Below are positions 30,805 through 42,531 of a stretch of 64,000 nucleotides of DNA, in pieces. Position 1 is the stretch's first letter. Every line of letters begins with the position of its first letter. The notes under the pieces were generated by a model. The model had not been told where the DNA came from. It did no database searches and saw only the letters and a program-made list of their open reading frames with translations. The DNA lies in contig JACCZW010000097.1 in the NCBI GenBank assembly GCA_013695765.1, forward strand, positions 402 to 64,401. Direction: 5' to 3'. Position numbers and translations under genes: made by a program. The stretch is from Gammaproteobacteria bacterium. Its GTDB lineage: Bacteria; Pseudomonadota; Gammaproteobacteria; JACCYU01.

Positions 30805-31826
30805 ACCGGGCCGACAAAATCGGAGACGTCGTGCTGGCTCTGCCGATGGCCGGCATTCTCAAAAGCACGTTTCCAGGTTGCAAGGTGTCGCTGCTGGGCC
30901 AGCGTTACACGCTGCCGCTGGCGAGGTGTTGCGAGTACCTGGATGGGGCATACACATGGGATGAAATCAAAGAAGCGCCCAGGGCGGAGCGGATCAGGCA
31001 TTTTCAGGCATTCGGTGCCGACGCGATCATTCATATCTATCCCCAGCCCGCGATCTCGCGGGTTGCGAGACAGGCGCGGATACCACTGCGGATCGGCACC
31101 AGCCGACGCTCCTATCACTGGCTCGACTGCAACCGTCTGGTGCGGATGCGCCGCCGGGGCATTGCGCTGCACGAAGCGCAGTTAAACATCCAGCTGTTGC
31201 GTGGGCTGGGCCTTGATCGCCATTATTCTCTGGACGAACTCCACGAATACTTTGGCTTGACCCGCATTGATTCATTGCCCCCGCACCTCGCCGCATTCAT
31301 ACACCCCGGCCGGTTCAATCTGATTGTGCATCCCAAATCGGCCGGCAGCGCACGGGAATGGCCAATTGAGCATTTCGCACGACTGATCGAGAGCCTTCCG
31401 CCGGAGCGATTCAATGTTCTGGTCACCGGCAGCGAGAAGGAAGGCGAATCTGTCCGTGGCGAGCTGCCCATCCAGCTGTCGCACGTCAGAGACCTGATGG
31501 GCAGGATCTCGCTCGATGAACTCATCGCGCTCATCAACGCCGCGGACGGTCTGCTCGCGGCCAGCACCGGACCCCTGCACATCGCAGCGGTGCTGGGAAA
31601 ACACGCGCTGGGAATCTTTGTGCCGTATCGCGCCAAGCACGCCGGCCGCTGGGGACCGATCGGGCCGCGCGCGCGGGCGTTTCAACTCGCCGAGACGTGT
31701 GTCAGCTGCCCGAACGCAAGCGTTTGCGCGTGTATGCGGCGTATCGCTCCCGCCGAGGTCAGTGCTTATCTGTCCGGCCTCGCGCGACCGCCCGGTGCCG
31801 ATACACCCTCGGTGGCTGCGCGGTAA
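30780..31826 (+). CDS. glycosyltransferase family 9 (LPS heptosyltransferase family) protein
   Basis: 348 aa from the internal ATG. Overlaps waaF by 25 nt. GT9 hallmarks (KIGDVVLALP, C-terminal GPLHIAAVLG). Confidence 0.65.
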   Translation: MQSRHFVLNRADKIGDVVLALPMAGILKSTFPGCKVSLLGQRYTLPLARCCEYLDGAYTWDEIKEAPRAERIRHFQAFGADAIIHIYPQPAISRVARQARIPLRIGTSRRSYHWLDCNRLVRMRRRGIALHEAQLNIQLLRGLGLDRHYSLDELHEYFGLTRIDSLPPHLAAFIHPGRFNLIVHPKSAGSAREWPIEHFARLIESLPPERFNVLVTGSEKEGESVRGELPIQLSHVRDLMGRISLDELIALINAADGLLAASTGPLHIAAVLGKHALGIFVPYRAKHAGRWGPIGPRARAFQLAETCVSCPNASVCACMRRIAPAEVSAYLSGLARPPGADTPSVAAR

Positions 31827-32027
31827 ACGCGCCGTTCGAAGCTCCGGCCCCGACGGTTCTCGCAAATTTGTCAGGGCCAGGATTATCGAATTTAGTGCCG
31901 TTGGGTGCTAAAGTTCCGCTCGCGCGGGGATGTGGGTCCCTGGAACCGGCCGCAGCCGCGGGAGTGCCCATCTCAATAATACCGGCCGAAGCTCGGCCCA
32001 CGACGCCCAGGGGAGCGTTGCCATAAT

Positions 32028-32447
32028 ATGAGCCTGGTTAGCATACCGGTGTCGATCGGTGAACTCATCGACAAACTCGTCATTCTGGAAATCAAGGCCG
32101 CCCGCATCCGTGAGCCAGCCAAGCTGCAACATATCAACCACGAACTGGACCTGCTCACCAATACCTGGCTCACCTCCGGTCAGGCCGGCGGCGCGGAGAT
32201 CGGCGTGCAGCGCGAGGCGCTGAAGGCCGTCAACGGTGCGCTGTGGGACATCGAGGACCAGATTCGACAAAAAGAGGCCAACGCTGAATTCGACCAGACA
32301 TTCATCGAGCTGGCGCGCGCGATCTACATCAACAACGACCGGCGCGCCGCGCTCAAGCGGGAGATCAATCGGCTGCTGGGATCGGAACTCGTAGAGGAAA
32401 AGTCCTACGTCGCTTACGCCCCCGCCACAGGCGAAGGCATCCCATAG
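32028..32447 (+). CDS. conserved hypothetical small cytoplasmic protein in the LPS core cluster
   Basis: 139 aa, helical, no TM. Between the GT9 and kdkA genes. Confidence 0.45.
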   Translation: MSLVSIPVSIGELIDKLVILEIKAARIREPAKLQHINHELDLLTNTWLTSGQAGGAEIGVQREALKAVNGALWDIEDQIRQKEANAEFDQTFIELARAIYINNDRRAALKREINRLLGSELVEEKSYVAYAPATGEGIP

Positions 32448-32534
32448 GCAACCCGCACAAGTCCATCACGCATTTCTGGACGAGGCAGACAGATCGATGC
32501 GGGCGGTGCGGTTAGGAGGCGTGTCATTGGGACA

Positions 32535-33254
32535 ATGCGTGAGGCTACCTCGAGCTCGGGCGGAGAACATATCCTGTACGACGCGGATGCCACCAAAAGG
32601 CTCGACCGCGCGTGGTTCGATCCCGCCGCACTGACCGCGCGTGGAAAAGTCACCGGCAGCGCGGGGGGGCGCGGTCGCGCGCAATTTTTCGGTCAAGATG
32701 GCGCGCAATACGTATTGCGGCACTATCGGCGCGGGGGCGCAGTCGCAGCGCTACTCGAGGATCGCTATCTATACACCGGCCTGCATCGAACCCGCGCCTG
32801 GCGCGAGTGGCGGCTGTTGGTCGCGCTCGCGCAGCGCAACCTTCCGGTGCCGCGTCCGTTCGCCGCGCGCGTGGTCATTGCCGGCGCGTTGTACCGGGCC
32901 GATCTGATTACCTATCGACTGATGAATGCCACGCCGCTGTCCGAAGTGCTGGCGCGCGCGCCGCTGGCCGCGGCAACGTGGGCTGAAATCGGGCGCGTGA
33001 TCGCGATGTTTCACGCGGCGCGCGTGTGGCATGCCGATCTCAACGCGCACAATGTTTTGGTGGACTCAGGCGGCGCGGTGACCCTTATCGATTTCGACCG
33101 CGCCAGGGTCAGGTCGCCGGCCGCGCGCTGGCGGCGCGACAATCTTGCGCGTCTGCATCTCTCGCTGCGCAAGCTCAAATATCTAAACGCCGGACTGCAC
33201 TTCACAGAGTCCGATTTCGACGCTTTGCAAACAGGCTACGGATCGGCGGCCTGA
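32535..33254 (+). CDS. kdkA: 3-deoxy-D-manno-octulosonic acid (Kdo) kinase
   Basis: YVLRHYRRGG motif and kinase-like HADLNAHNVLVD. Adjacent to waaA. Confidence 0.7.
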   Translation: MREATSSSGGEHILYDADATKRLDRAWFDPAALTARGKVTGSAGGRGRAQFFGQDGAQYVLRHYRRGGAVAALLEDRYLYTGLHRTRAWREWRLLVALAQRNLPVPRPFAARVVIAGALYRADLITYRLMNATPLSEVLARAPLAAATWAEIGRVIAMFHAARVWHADLNAHNVLVDSGGAVTLIDFDRARVRSPAARWRRDNLARLHLSLRKLKYLNAGLHFTESDFDALQTGYGSAA

Positions 33255-33256
33255 GC

Positions 33257-34540
33257 TTAAGGGTCGCGCAGACGGCACAGCGGTTCCAGCAGCTCAAGGT
33301 ACGCCTCCAACACGTGCTCGTGCCCACGCATGAAGGCGGCCGCGCGCTGGCCCAGCGCGTTACGTAATTCCGCGTCGGTGAGCAGGCGTTCAAGCGCGAA
33401 GCCGAGTTCACGGTCGTCCTGGGCCATCAGCAGGCCTTCCGCCGCCAGCAGGCTGCTCGTTTCCTCGGCGAAATTTCCCATGTGCCGGCCAACCAGCACC
33501 GCCCTGGCCAGACGCGCCGGCTCGAGAATATTATGGCCGCCGCGCGGGATAAGTGACCCGCCCATGAACACGAACGCGGCGTGTCTCATAAACGCCTGCA
33601 ATTCGCCCAGGGTGTCGGCCAGGTAGATACGCGTCGTCGGCTTAACCGTATCGCCGCGGCTGCGCACTGCCGTCTCGAAACCCAGTGGCGCGAGTTCCTT
33701 GAGAATCGCATGGCGGCGTTCCGGATGGCGCGGCGCGATCACGAGCAGTTCGCCCGTGGCGGGCAGGCGCCGCCAGATGCGCGCCAGGTGCAGTTCTTCG
33801 TGCGGATGCGTGGACGCCGCCAGCCAATAGGGTTGGCCGACCGGGTCGTCCGTTGACTGTGCCTGACCTGGCTGGGCCTCGGTAGCCTGGGCCTGCGTCG
33901 GTCCGGGCGCGGCGAATTTGATGTTGCCGACATTGACCAGCAGTTCCGCGGGCGCGCCCAGCCTGCGGAATTTTGCCGCTTCCGCATCGCTGCGGGCAAG
34001 AATTGCCGTGACCTGGCCGAGCGCGTGTCTGTAAGCTCGTCGCAGTAGCGCCGGCGCCTTCAAGGTACGCCGGGAAAGCCGTGCGTTGATGATGATAAGC
34101 GGGATATCGAGCGTCGCGCATTGCTGATAGAGATTGGGCCACAGCTCCGTCTCCATCACCACCAGACAGCGTGGTCGCACTTTGCCTAATAAACGCGCGA
34201 CGCTGAAATTGAAGTCCAGCGGCAGATACGCGTGCGTTATTTCCGCACCCATTTCCTGCAATGCCACCGCGCGCCCGGTGGGTGTATTGGTGGTGATGAG
34301 CAGCGGCGTTTCGGGATGACGGGCGCGCAGGGCGCCCAGCAGCGGCAAGGCCGCGTTCACTTCACCGACCGAGGCGCAATGCATCCACACCGGCTGCGCT
34401 ATGTCGGGCAGGTGGCGTCCAAGTCGTTGCCATAGATAATGCGTGCCGCCCTCGCGCGCCGCGCGCCACAGCGTATAGCCGATAAAAAGCGGCGAGGCGA
34501 CGATAAGCGCCGCGCGGTAGGGCAGCAACTCATTGATCAC
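33257..34540 (-). CDS. waaA: 3-deoxy-D-manno-octulosonic acid transferase (Kdo transferase)
   Basis: 427 aa with WMHCASVGE N-terminal motif and GT30-family layout. Confidence 0.85.
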   Translation of the reverse strand: MINELLPYRAALIVASPLFIGYTLWRAAREGGTHYLWQRLGRHLPDIAQPVWMHCASVGEVNAALPLLGALRARHPETPLLITTNTPTGRAVALQEMGAEITHAYLPLDFNFSVARLLGKVRPRCLVVMETELWPNLYQQCATLDIPLIIINARLSRRTLKAPALLRRAYRHALGQVTAILARSDAEAAKFRRLGAPAELLVNVGNIKFAAPGPTQAQATEAQPGQAQSTDDPVGQPYWLAASTHPHEELHLARIWRRLPATGELLVIAPRHPERRHAILKELAPLGFETAVRSRGDTVKPTTRIYLADTLGELQAFMRHAAFVFMGGSLIPRGGHNILEPARLARAVLVGRHMGNFAEETSSLLAAEGLLMAQDDRELGFALERLLTDAELRNALGQRAAAFMRGHEHVLEAYLELLEPLCRLRDP

Positions 34541-34654
34541 GGGAGGTTGATCACAGCAGCTTGAACCCGACAGGGGTGATCACGATAGGCGTAATTAGAG
34601 TGGCTGGATTACCACGGGACGATCACGAACGCGCCATCATACGCGCCCGGGGGC

Positions 34655-36007
34655 CTAGTACAGCCAGTCATTGAGCCCGACAAGATCCTCTCCGGCCAGG
34701 GTGCCGGCCGCCTGTTTGAGTCGCAGGGTATTCAGCAGGTAGTTGTAGCGGGCGCGGGACAGGTCGCGCTGGGTGCGAAAGGTCTCGCGCAGCGCCAGCA
34801 GCACGTCCACGGAGGTGCGCGTGCCCACTCTGAACCCGGCGCGCGCGGAAGCCGCGGCCGCGCGGTTCGATTCCAGCGCCCGCTTGAGTGCCTTGACCCG
34901 GCTGATGCCCGCGATCACGTTCAGATACGAGGCGCGCGTCTGCCGTACCGCCTCGCGGCGCTGCAACTCCTGCAGGTTCTGTGACTGTTCGAAGAGGTAA
35001 CTGGCTTCGCGCGTGCTGGAGGTGACGAAGCCGCCGGAGAAGATCGGGATATTGAGCTGCAAGCCTACCGATTGGTCATCCGACTCGGTCGCGCCGAACA
35101 CCCCGCCGCCGGAATCGTTCTCGGCCTTTTGCGCGAACAGGCCCAACGTCGGGTAGTGTCCGGCCCGGCGCCTGTCCACTTCCAGAGACGCGGTCTCGCT
35201 GGCGAACTCGGCGGCGATCAACTGGAGGTTCCGCTCGATGGCCGTTTGCACCCACTGATCGACATCCGCCGGGTCCGGTGTCAGCAGCGGGATGCGATCC
35301 TGCAAATCGCGCAGTCGTCCGGGCAGCCGACCGGTGATCACCTGCAGCGCTTCGCGGGTGACGGCCAACTGGTTTTGCGCGCTGACCTGCTGTGCCACGG
35401 CCAGATCGAACGCGGCCCGCGCTTCCTTCACGTCGGTGATGGCGATCACGCCAACCTCGAAGCGCTTGCGCGCCTGCTCAAGCTGGCGGCCGATCGCCTT
35501 TTTCTCGGAGACCGCGAATGTCAGACTGTCCCGTGCGGCCAGCACGTTGAAATACGCCTTGCTTACGCGCAGCACCAGCGCCTGCGCGATCGCATCCAGC
35601 TCGGCCTGCGCCTGCGCGATGCTGGAATCCGCCTGCCATAACTGCACAATGAGCGAATGATCATAGATGATCTGATCCAGCCGCAGGGTATAACCCTGGG
35701 TATCGAAACCGCCGGACTGCCTGTTTATCTCGCCATCGAAAGTGCGCGTGGAATCGAGTGTCTGCCACACATACTCGCCGCTCAAATTGAGTTGCGGCAG
35801 CAGCGCCGACCACGCCTGCGGGCGAACCTCGCCGGTCGCCTCGAAGTCCGCCTGCGCGGCCTGCAAGCGTGAATCTTCCCGCGCGGCGGATTGATAAATA
35901 TCCAGCAGGTCTTCAGCCTGCGCGGGCAAGCTCGCGAGCATCGATACGCCGACCACACAAGCCAACAATTGTTTTCTAGTACGCATCATTTTTTCGGATC
36001 CCCTCAT
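34655..36007 (-). CDS. tolC: TolC-family outer membrane efflux protein
   Basis: 450 aa with signal peptide and two repeated helical/beta halves typical of TolC. Confidence 0.8.
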   Translation of the reverse strand: MRGSEKMMRTRKQLLACVVGVSMLASLPAQAEDLLDIYQSAAREDSRLQAAQADFEATGEVRPQAWSALLPQLNLSGEYVWQTLDSTRTFDGEINRQSGGFDTQGYTLRLDQIIYDHSLIVQLWQADSSIAQAQAELDAIAQALVLRVSKAYFNVLAARDSLTFAVSEKKAIGRQLEQARKRFEVGVIAITDVKEARAAFDLAVAQQVSAQNQLAVTREALQVITGRLPGRLRDLQDRIPLLTPDPADVDQWVQTAIERNLQLIAAEFASETASLEVDRRRAGHYPTLGLFAQKAENDSGGGVFGATESDDQSVGLQLNIPIFSGGFVTSSTREASYLFEQSQNLQELQRREAVRQTRASYLNVIAGISRVKALKRALESNRAAAASARAGFRVGTRTSVDVLLALRETFRTQRDLSRARYNYLLNTLRLKQAAGTLAGEDLVGLNDWLY

Positions 36008-36050
36008 TCACACATCGACTGTCGCTATTCCCACACCAGAGTGTGTCATA

Positions 36051-36704
36051 TCAGAGTACGAAGGTGGCTTTCCTGGACGTGTTCAATAGCGCAGGCAGAT
36101 CGGTTTCAAACAATTTTGCTCTTGAAAATTCATGCTCGCCGGCGCGCGTCACGCGCATTGCGGACATGACCGGCTGTTCGCCGACGATGACGAACAGACG
36201 CCCGCCGATGGCAAGCTGTTGTTCGAATACGGGCCGATACTCCGGTACCGAGCCGGTGACCGCGATGACATCGTAACGTTCGTTTGAGCGCCAGCCGTTG
36301 GCCGCGTCGCCGACGCCCACATTGACATTACGAATCTCCAGCACGGCCAGTTGTGTTTTGGCATCCTCGATCAGGTCATCGTAGAAATCAACGCTCTCGA
36401 CCTGACCGCCCAGCCTCGCCAGACATGCCGTGACAAAACCGCTGCCGGTGCCGATTTCCAGGATGCGGTCGCCGAAGCGGATATCCAGCGCCTGCAGCAT
36501 GCGGCCTTCGACTTTGGGCGCCATCATCGTCTGCCCATGTGTCAGCGGAATGCCGAAATCAGCGAACGCGAGATTTTTGTAACGTGCCGGCACGAAGCGT
36601 TCGCGCGGCACCGAGGTAAGCACGTTCAGCACATCCTCGTCCAGCACCTCCCACGCGCGAAGCTGCTGATCGATCATGTTGTCGCGGGCCTGTTCGAGAT
36701 TCAT
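36051..36704 (-). CDS. pcm: protein-L-isoaspartate O-methyltransferase
   Basis: SAM-binding motif ILEIGTGSGF and overall PIMT layout. Confidence 0.85.
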   Translation of the reverse strand: MNLEQARDNMIDQQLRAWEVLDEDVLNVLTSVPRERFVPARYKNLAFADFGIPLTHGQTMMAPKVEGRMLQALDIRFGDRILEIGTGSGFVTACLARLGGQVESVDFYDDLIEDAKTQLAVLEIRNVNVGVGDAANGWRSNERYDVIAVTGSVPEYRPVFEQQLAIGGRLFVIVGEQPVMSAMRVTRAGEHEFSRAKLFETDLPALLNTSRKATFVL

Positions 36705-36844
36705 GCGTGTTCTAAGTTATCGCGCCAGGTTATCGCGCCGGGCGCTAAGATTACGGACACCCGTGGCCGCAGACAAGTCCGAAGGCGCGCGCCGCTGCCG
36801 CCCGCGGTTGCAAAGCACGAGTTTTTTCTATAAGTTCAGTAGCA

Positions 36845-36925
36845 TCGAGACTAGGGGTGCCCGCCAGCGGGCTGAGAAATACCCTTGGAACCTGAATCGG
36901 CTCGTACCGGCGGAGGGAAGGCTCG
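36845..36925 (+). promoter_or_regulatory. TPP (THI-box) riboswitch in the thiC leader
   Basis: CUAGGGGUGCCC..GCUGAGAAAUACCCUUGGAACCUGAAUCGGCUCGUACCGGCGGAGGGAAGGC matches the THI element consensus. thiC starts about 70 nt downstream. Confidence 0.85.
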
Positions 36926-36945
36926 TGAAAATTGCTCGTGAATAA

Positions 36946-38903
<1,958 letters not shown>

Positions 38904-38904
<1 letters not shown>

Positions 38905-39242
38905 TGTCGCGCGCGACACCGCTACTCGCATTGCTGTTATTGACCGCGCAGGCGGCGACCGCAGATGCTGCGCGAGATTACGTAAAGCTCGTGGGCGCCA
39001 ACGACGCGTACTGCGTGGCTTTACCGGGTCAGATGCGGCAGGTCGTCAATACCCACAAGGCGCGCGCCATCGAGGTGTCGCTGGAGCGGCGTATGGGTGA
39101 GACCATGCAGCCGGGGCGTATGGTCGAGATCGCGCGGCCAGGCGGCAAGCCGATCGATCTCGGCTGTACGCGCATCATTGGCGGGTATGCGCAGAGCTGG
39201 GTCGTTATCGTCGCCGAGTTCGCCGCTGACACGCGTCGTTAA
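38904..39242 (+). CDS. hypothetical small secreted protein
   Basis: Signal peptide LLALLLLTAQAATA. GGGAGG RBS. Start overlaps the thiC stop. Confidence 0.45.
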
Positions 39243-39273
39243 CACGCCATCACCGGAACGGGAGCCACCAACG

Positions 39274-39633
39274 GTGCGGGAGCTGGTTGACTGCTTTCTC
39301 GATGCGATCGAGGCGCGCGAATTCGAGCAGGCGCAACGGTGTCTGTCGGACGATGAATTCCTTTATACAAGTCCCATCGATATTTTCGACAATGCGGCGG
39401 ATTTCATCGCGGACATCAGCCGTGTGGGCCCGATACTGAAACGTATCGAGCGCCGCAAGCTGTTCGTGGACGGCGACCAGGCGTGTGCGATATTCAATCT
39501 CATAGCCACCATGGACGCGCTGGCCAACACGCGTATCGCGCAATGGATGAAAGCCAGAAACGGCAAATTTTCTTCGATAGAAGTTTTTTTCGACGCGCAC
39601 GCTTACTCAAGCATGTTCGACACGCTTAACTGA
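39274..39633 (+). CDS. NTF2-like (SnoaL/DUF4440-type) small protein
   Basis: Start proposed at GTG 39274 after GGAGCC. Sequence VRELVDCFLDAIEAREFEQAQ... is typical of NTF2-fold proteins. Confidence 0.45.
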   Translation: MRELVDCFLDAIEAREFEQAQRCLSDDEFLYTSPIDIFDNAADFIADISRVGPILKRIERRKLFVDGDQACAIFNLIATMDALANTRIAQWMKARNGKFSSIEVFFDAHAYSSMFDTLN

Positions 39634-39795
39634 GATGCACTTTATTTGGAATGTCTTTTGCAAAACTATATGCAAGATCTGTATGTATGACGTACAGCAA
39701 ATTGTTCGATAAATGCAGTGCCCAATTGCTAGAAACTACAACCTGCGTATAGACCGCGAGCTATCGTTGTCCACAACCCCTGGAGAGGTTAACGC

Positions 39796-40062
39796 ATGAG
39801 CACATCCAGATCGTCCGCGACGCCCAAAAAACGTGTGGTCAAGGCCAAAACGCCGACCGTAAAAAAAACCGATGCGCGCGGCAGAACCGAGAAACAAACC
39901 CCGTCGCTGACGCTCACCCCCGAGGAACGCTGGCGTATGGTGGCGGTGGCGGCCTACCACATCGCGGAAAAGCGGGGGTTTTCGCCGGGCAACCCACTGG
40001 ACGACTGGCTGAACGCAGAACGGGAGGTCGAGTCGCTACTGGGCGTGCAGCCGGGCAAATAA
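39796..40062 (+). CDS. DUF2934-like small basic protein
   Basis: Lys-rich N-terminus. C-terminal ERWRMVAVAAYHIAEKRGFSPGNPLDDWLNAEREV resembles the DUF2934 motif. Confidence 0.5.
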   Translation: MSTSRSSATPKKRVVKAKTPTVKKTDARGRTEKQTPSLTLTPEERWRMVAVAAYHIAEKRGFSPGNPLDDWLNAEREVESLLGVQPGK

Positions 40063-40080
40063 CGGGTCGGATTGTAGCGT

Positions 40081-40106
40081 CCGAAAGTCGCTGCCGACAG
40101 ACTTTC
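40081..40106. terminator. possible bidirectional hairpin between convergent genes
   Basis: CGAAAGTCgctgccgacaGACTTTCG (8-bp stem) between the DUF2934 gene (+) and the J-domain gene (-). Confidence 0.3.
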
Positions 40107-40255
40107 GAGGTGTGCCCTGTATGAAGGCCAGCCGTTGTTTGTCGGCTCGACCGAGAAGTTAGGTCTCACCTTCGACTGGCGGCCCTTGCTGGACGTTGCT
40201 TTGCGCGTTGCCGGGGTGGCATGCGGTGGCGTTTCGTCAAACCTGACGCCCTGGC

Positions 40256-41152
40256 TCAGCCGGCAAGCAGATCCTTGGCCTGGTTGATTTTGGCGGCCAG
40301 ATAATTAGTGCCACCGCGATCCGGGTGCAATTTCTGCATCAAGCGGCGGTGCGCGTCGGTAACTGTTTTGGCATCGGCGCCGGCCTGGAGGCCCAGTATT
40401 TCGTAGGCTTCCTCGCGGTTCATGCCTTTGCCCATATCTCCACCATTAGCTTTACGCTGGCTGGACTCGGCGCGGTCTTGTTTATCCCGCCGGTCTGACG
40501 AGCCCTCCGACTTGCGCTTTGACTTGTCCTCTGCACGGGTTTCGCTGGATTCCTGTCTGGCGCTGTTGTCGTGCGCCTGCTCCATGTAGGCTGCCAGCAA
40601 CGCCGCCGATTCCGCGTCACGGCTGCTGTACTCCGCGTGCAGCGCCTGCAATTTTTCCAAGGCCAGTTCGCTTAAGTGTGCGCCGGTGTGGGCGCCTCTC
40701 ACGACCTTGCCGCGCATTTCGCCGGTCTGCTTGCTTATCGATATCCGCAGGTAACGCGTCTCGACTTTCGCATAGCCGTTAGCGCTACTGTTATCCTCCG
40801 ATGACTTCGCGGACGCTGGACGTTTGCGCGATGCCTTGCGCCGTCGGGTGCGCCCGGGCGGGGGTTCTTTTGGTTTCGCGGTTGCCGCGCGCCACAACAG
40901 CGGCAGCAGCCGGACCACGATGGGCAGCAGACCGCCAATGACGGCGAATATCCAGTGCAGATTCCCGGAAAATACCATCGCGAGCAGCGCCACGAGGGCG
41001 ACGACGATGCCCGCCTGCGAGAGGAAAAGCCTGAATTTTCCGGGCGGCTGCCGTCCGACCATACTGACCAGCAAAAAGATGGACAGCAGTATGAAAACGC
41101 CGATGGGAATGCGCCACCGGAAAACTTCCGTGAGAAAAAATTCCATGTTCAT
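40256..41152 (-). CDS. J-domain (DnaJ-like) polytopic inner-membrane protein
   Basis: Three N-terminal TM segments, a basic and serine/acidic linker, and a C-terminal J domain with HPD (EEAYEILGL...[11 protein letters not shown]). Confidence 0.65.
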   Translation of the reverse strand: MNMEFFLTEVFRWRIPIGVFILLSIFLLVSMVGRQPPGKFRLFLSQAGIVVALVALLAMVFSGNLHWIFAVIGGLLPIVVRLLPLLWRAATAKPKEPPPGRTRRRKASRKRPASAKSSEDNSSANGYAKVETRYLRISISKQTGEMRGKVVRGAHTGAHLSELALEKLQALHAEYSSRDAESAALLAAYMEQAHDNSARQESSETRAEDKSKRKSEGSSDRRDKQDRAESSQRKANGGDMGKGMNREEAYEILGLQAGADAKTVTDAHRRLMQKLHPDRGGTNYLAAKINQAKDLLAG

Positions 41153-41559
41153 GCTTGCTTATGACGGATCGCGGGGTTGCGCGATTCAAAAGAGCGCGGC
41201 TTGTTAGCGCCTGGATAAATGTGCAAAATAATAATGGATTTCCCGGGAGTCCCGCGCTGCCGTGCAGCATACGGTGTCAGGCTGCCTATTTTTCGATGTT
41301 AGCGTAGGTGGGCATTTTCGCCGTCCCACCAGCCCGGCCGCCGGTAAACTGACCCAGCTTACGTGCCGCGCGGCGGAAGGTTAGTTTACCCAGCGTTTGG
41401 GGGAGGCGTAAAGGCAGGCGCTGTTACGCCTGCCCCAGGCGAGCGAAGCATGGTACGCGAAATGGTGCAAGCGGCATCGACAGACTCATGCAGGCGCAAG
41501 TGCCGGCGTTACACTGACTGCCGGCCCTGATAGCGGACAAATAAATCAAAGGCGGGTCA

Positions 41560-42531
41560 ATGCAAGATTTCAATGCGAAATACAGCCGGCAGATCATGGT
41601 GCGGCTGGCCATAGCGGTGGTCCTGCTGCTGGTGGCGATGTTTCTGTGCCGGCAGTTTATCTTCGATTTTTACATCGGCGGTCAGGTCACGATCGCCGGC
41701 TACATCATCAACAGCGCGACCCTTACCTTGTTCCTGGCAGGGCTGCTCGCGATTGTCGCGGGGCTGCGTCACTATTCGCGCGAGGAAGCCGCGCTGGCCA
41801 GGTTCATGCGCTCGCTGGACGACGAGCAGCTCGATTTGACGGCGGGGGTGGACCCGCGCAGCATCATCCATCGACGCTACACCGCGATTCTAAGGATCAG
41901 CAAGCAGAACGCGCCAGTCGATCACGGCGCGCTGGCCGCGCTGCTGCTGGCCGATGAGAGCAAGCGACTGTCGTTCCCGCGCTTCGTCAACAATATTTTG
42001 ATCCTGATGGGCGTATTCGGCACCATTGTTGGTCTGGCGATCGCGCTTGTGGGCGCGGCCGACTTGCTCGAAGCGGAACAGAACCTGGGCAGCATGGATG
42101 TGCTGATCCACGGCATGTCGGTCGCGCCGGCCACCACCATCATCGCGATCATCTGTTATGTATTCACAGGTTACTTTTATATCCGCCTTACCGACGCGCA
42201 GACGCACGTCCTCAGCGGCGTCGAGCAGGTGACCTCGCTGTACCTGCTGCCACGGTTTTCCCGCAACGCCGATTCGATCATGTATGAGATCGCGCAGTTG
42301 GTCGACCAGCTCAGGCAGACGGCCGAAAGCATGCGCGGCAGTCAGACCGAATATGCCGAAGCCGGCATCCGCCTGCGCGAAACAGTCAACGACTACGCGC
42401 AGGTCGGCCATCGCATGAGCGTGATGCTGGCCGAGCTGGACTCGCGAATGAGCGGCATGTCCGGCGACGTGCGCACGATCAAAAGCATGTTGCGCGACGG
42501 ATTCCGCCTGCCGGCCGGCGATTCGCGGTAA
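41560..42531 (+). CDS. MotA/TolQ/ExbB-family proton-channel protein (4 TM, about 110-aa cytoplasmic tail)
   Basis: The layout is TM1-TM2, a cytoplasmic loop, TM3 with ILMGVFGTIVGLAIAL (compare LGLLGTVxG), TM4 with APATT...Y...F, then a long C-terminal tail. Stop TAA overlaps the ATG of the next gene (TAATG). Confidence 0.65.
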   Translation: MQDFNAKYSRQIMVRLAIAVVLLLVAMFLCRQFIFDFYIGGQVTIAGYIINSATLTLFLAGLLAIVAGLRHYSREEAALARFMRSLDDEQLDLTAGVDPRSIIHRRYTAILRISKQNAPVDHGALAALLLADESKRLSFPRFVNNILILMGVFGTIVGLAIALVGAADLLEAEQNLGSMDVLIHGMSVAPATTIIAIICYVFTGYFYIRLTDAQTHVLSGVEQVTSLYLLPRFSRNADSIMYEIAQLVDQLRQTAESMRGSQTEYAEAGIRLRETVNDYAQVGHRMSVMLAELDSRMSGMSGDVRTIKSMLRDGFRLPAGDSR

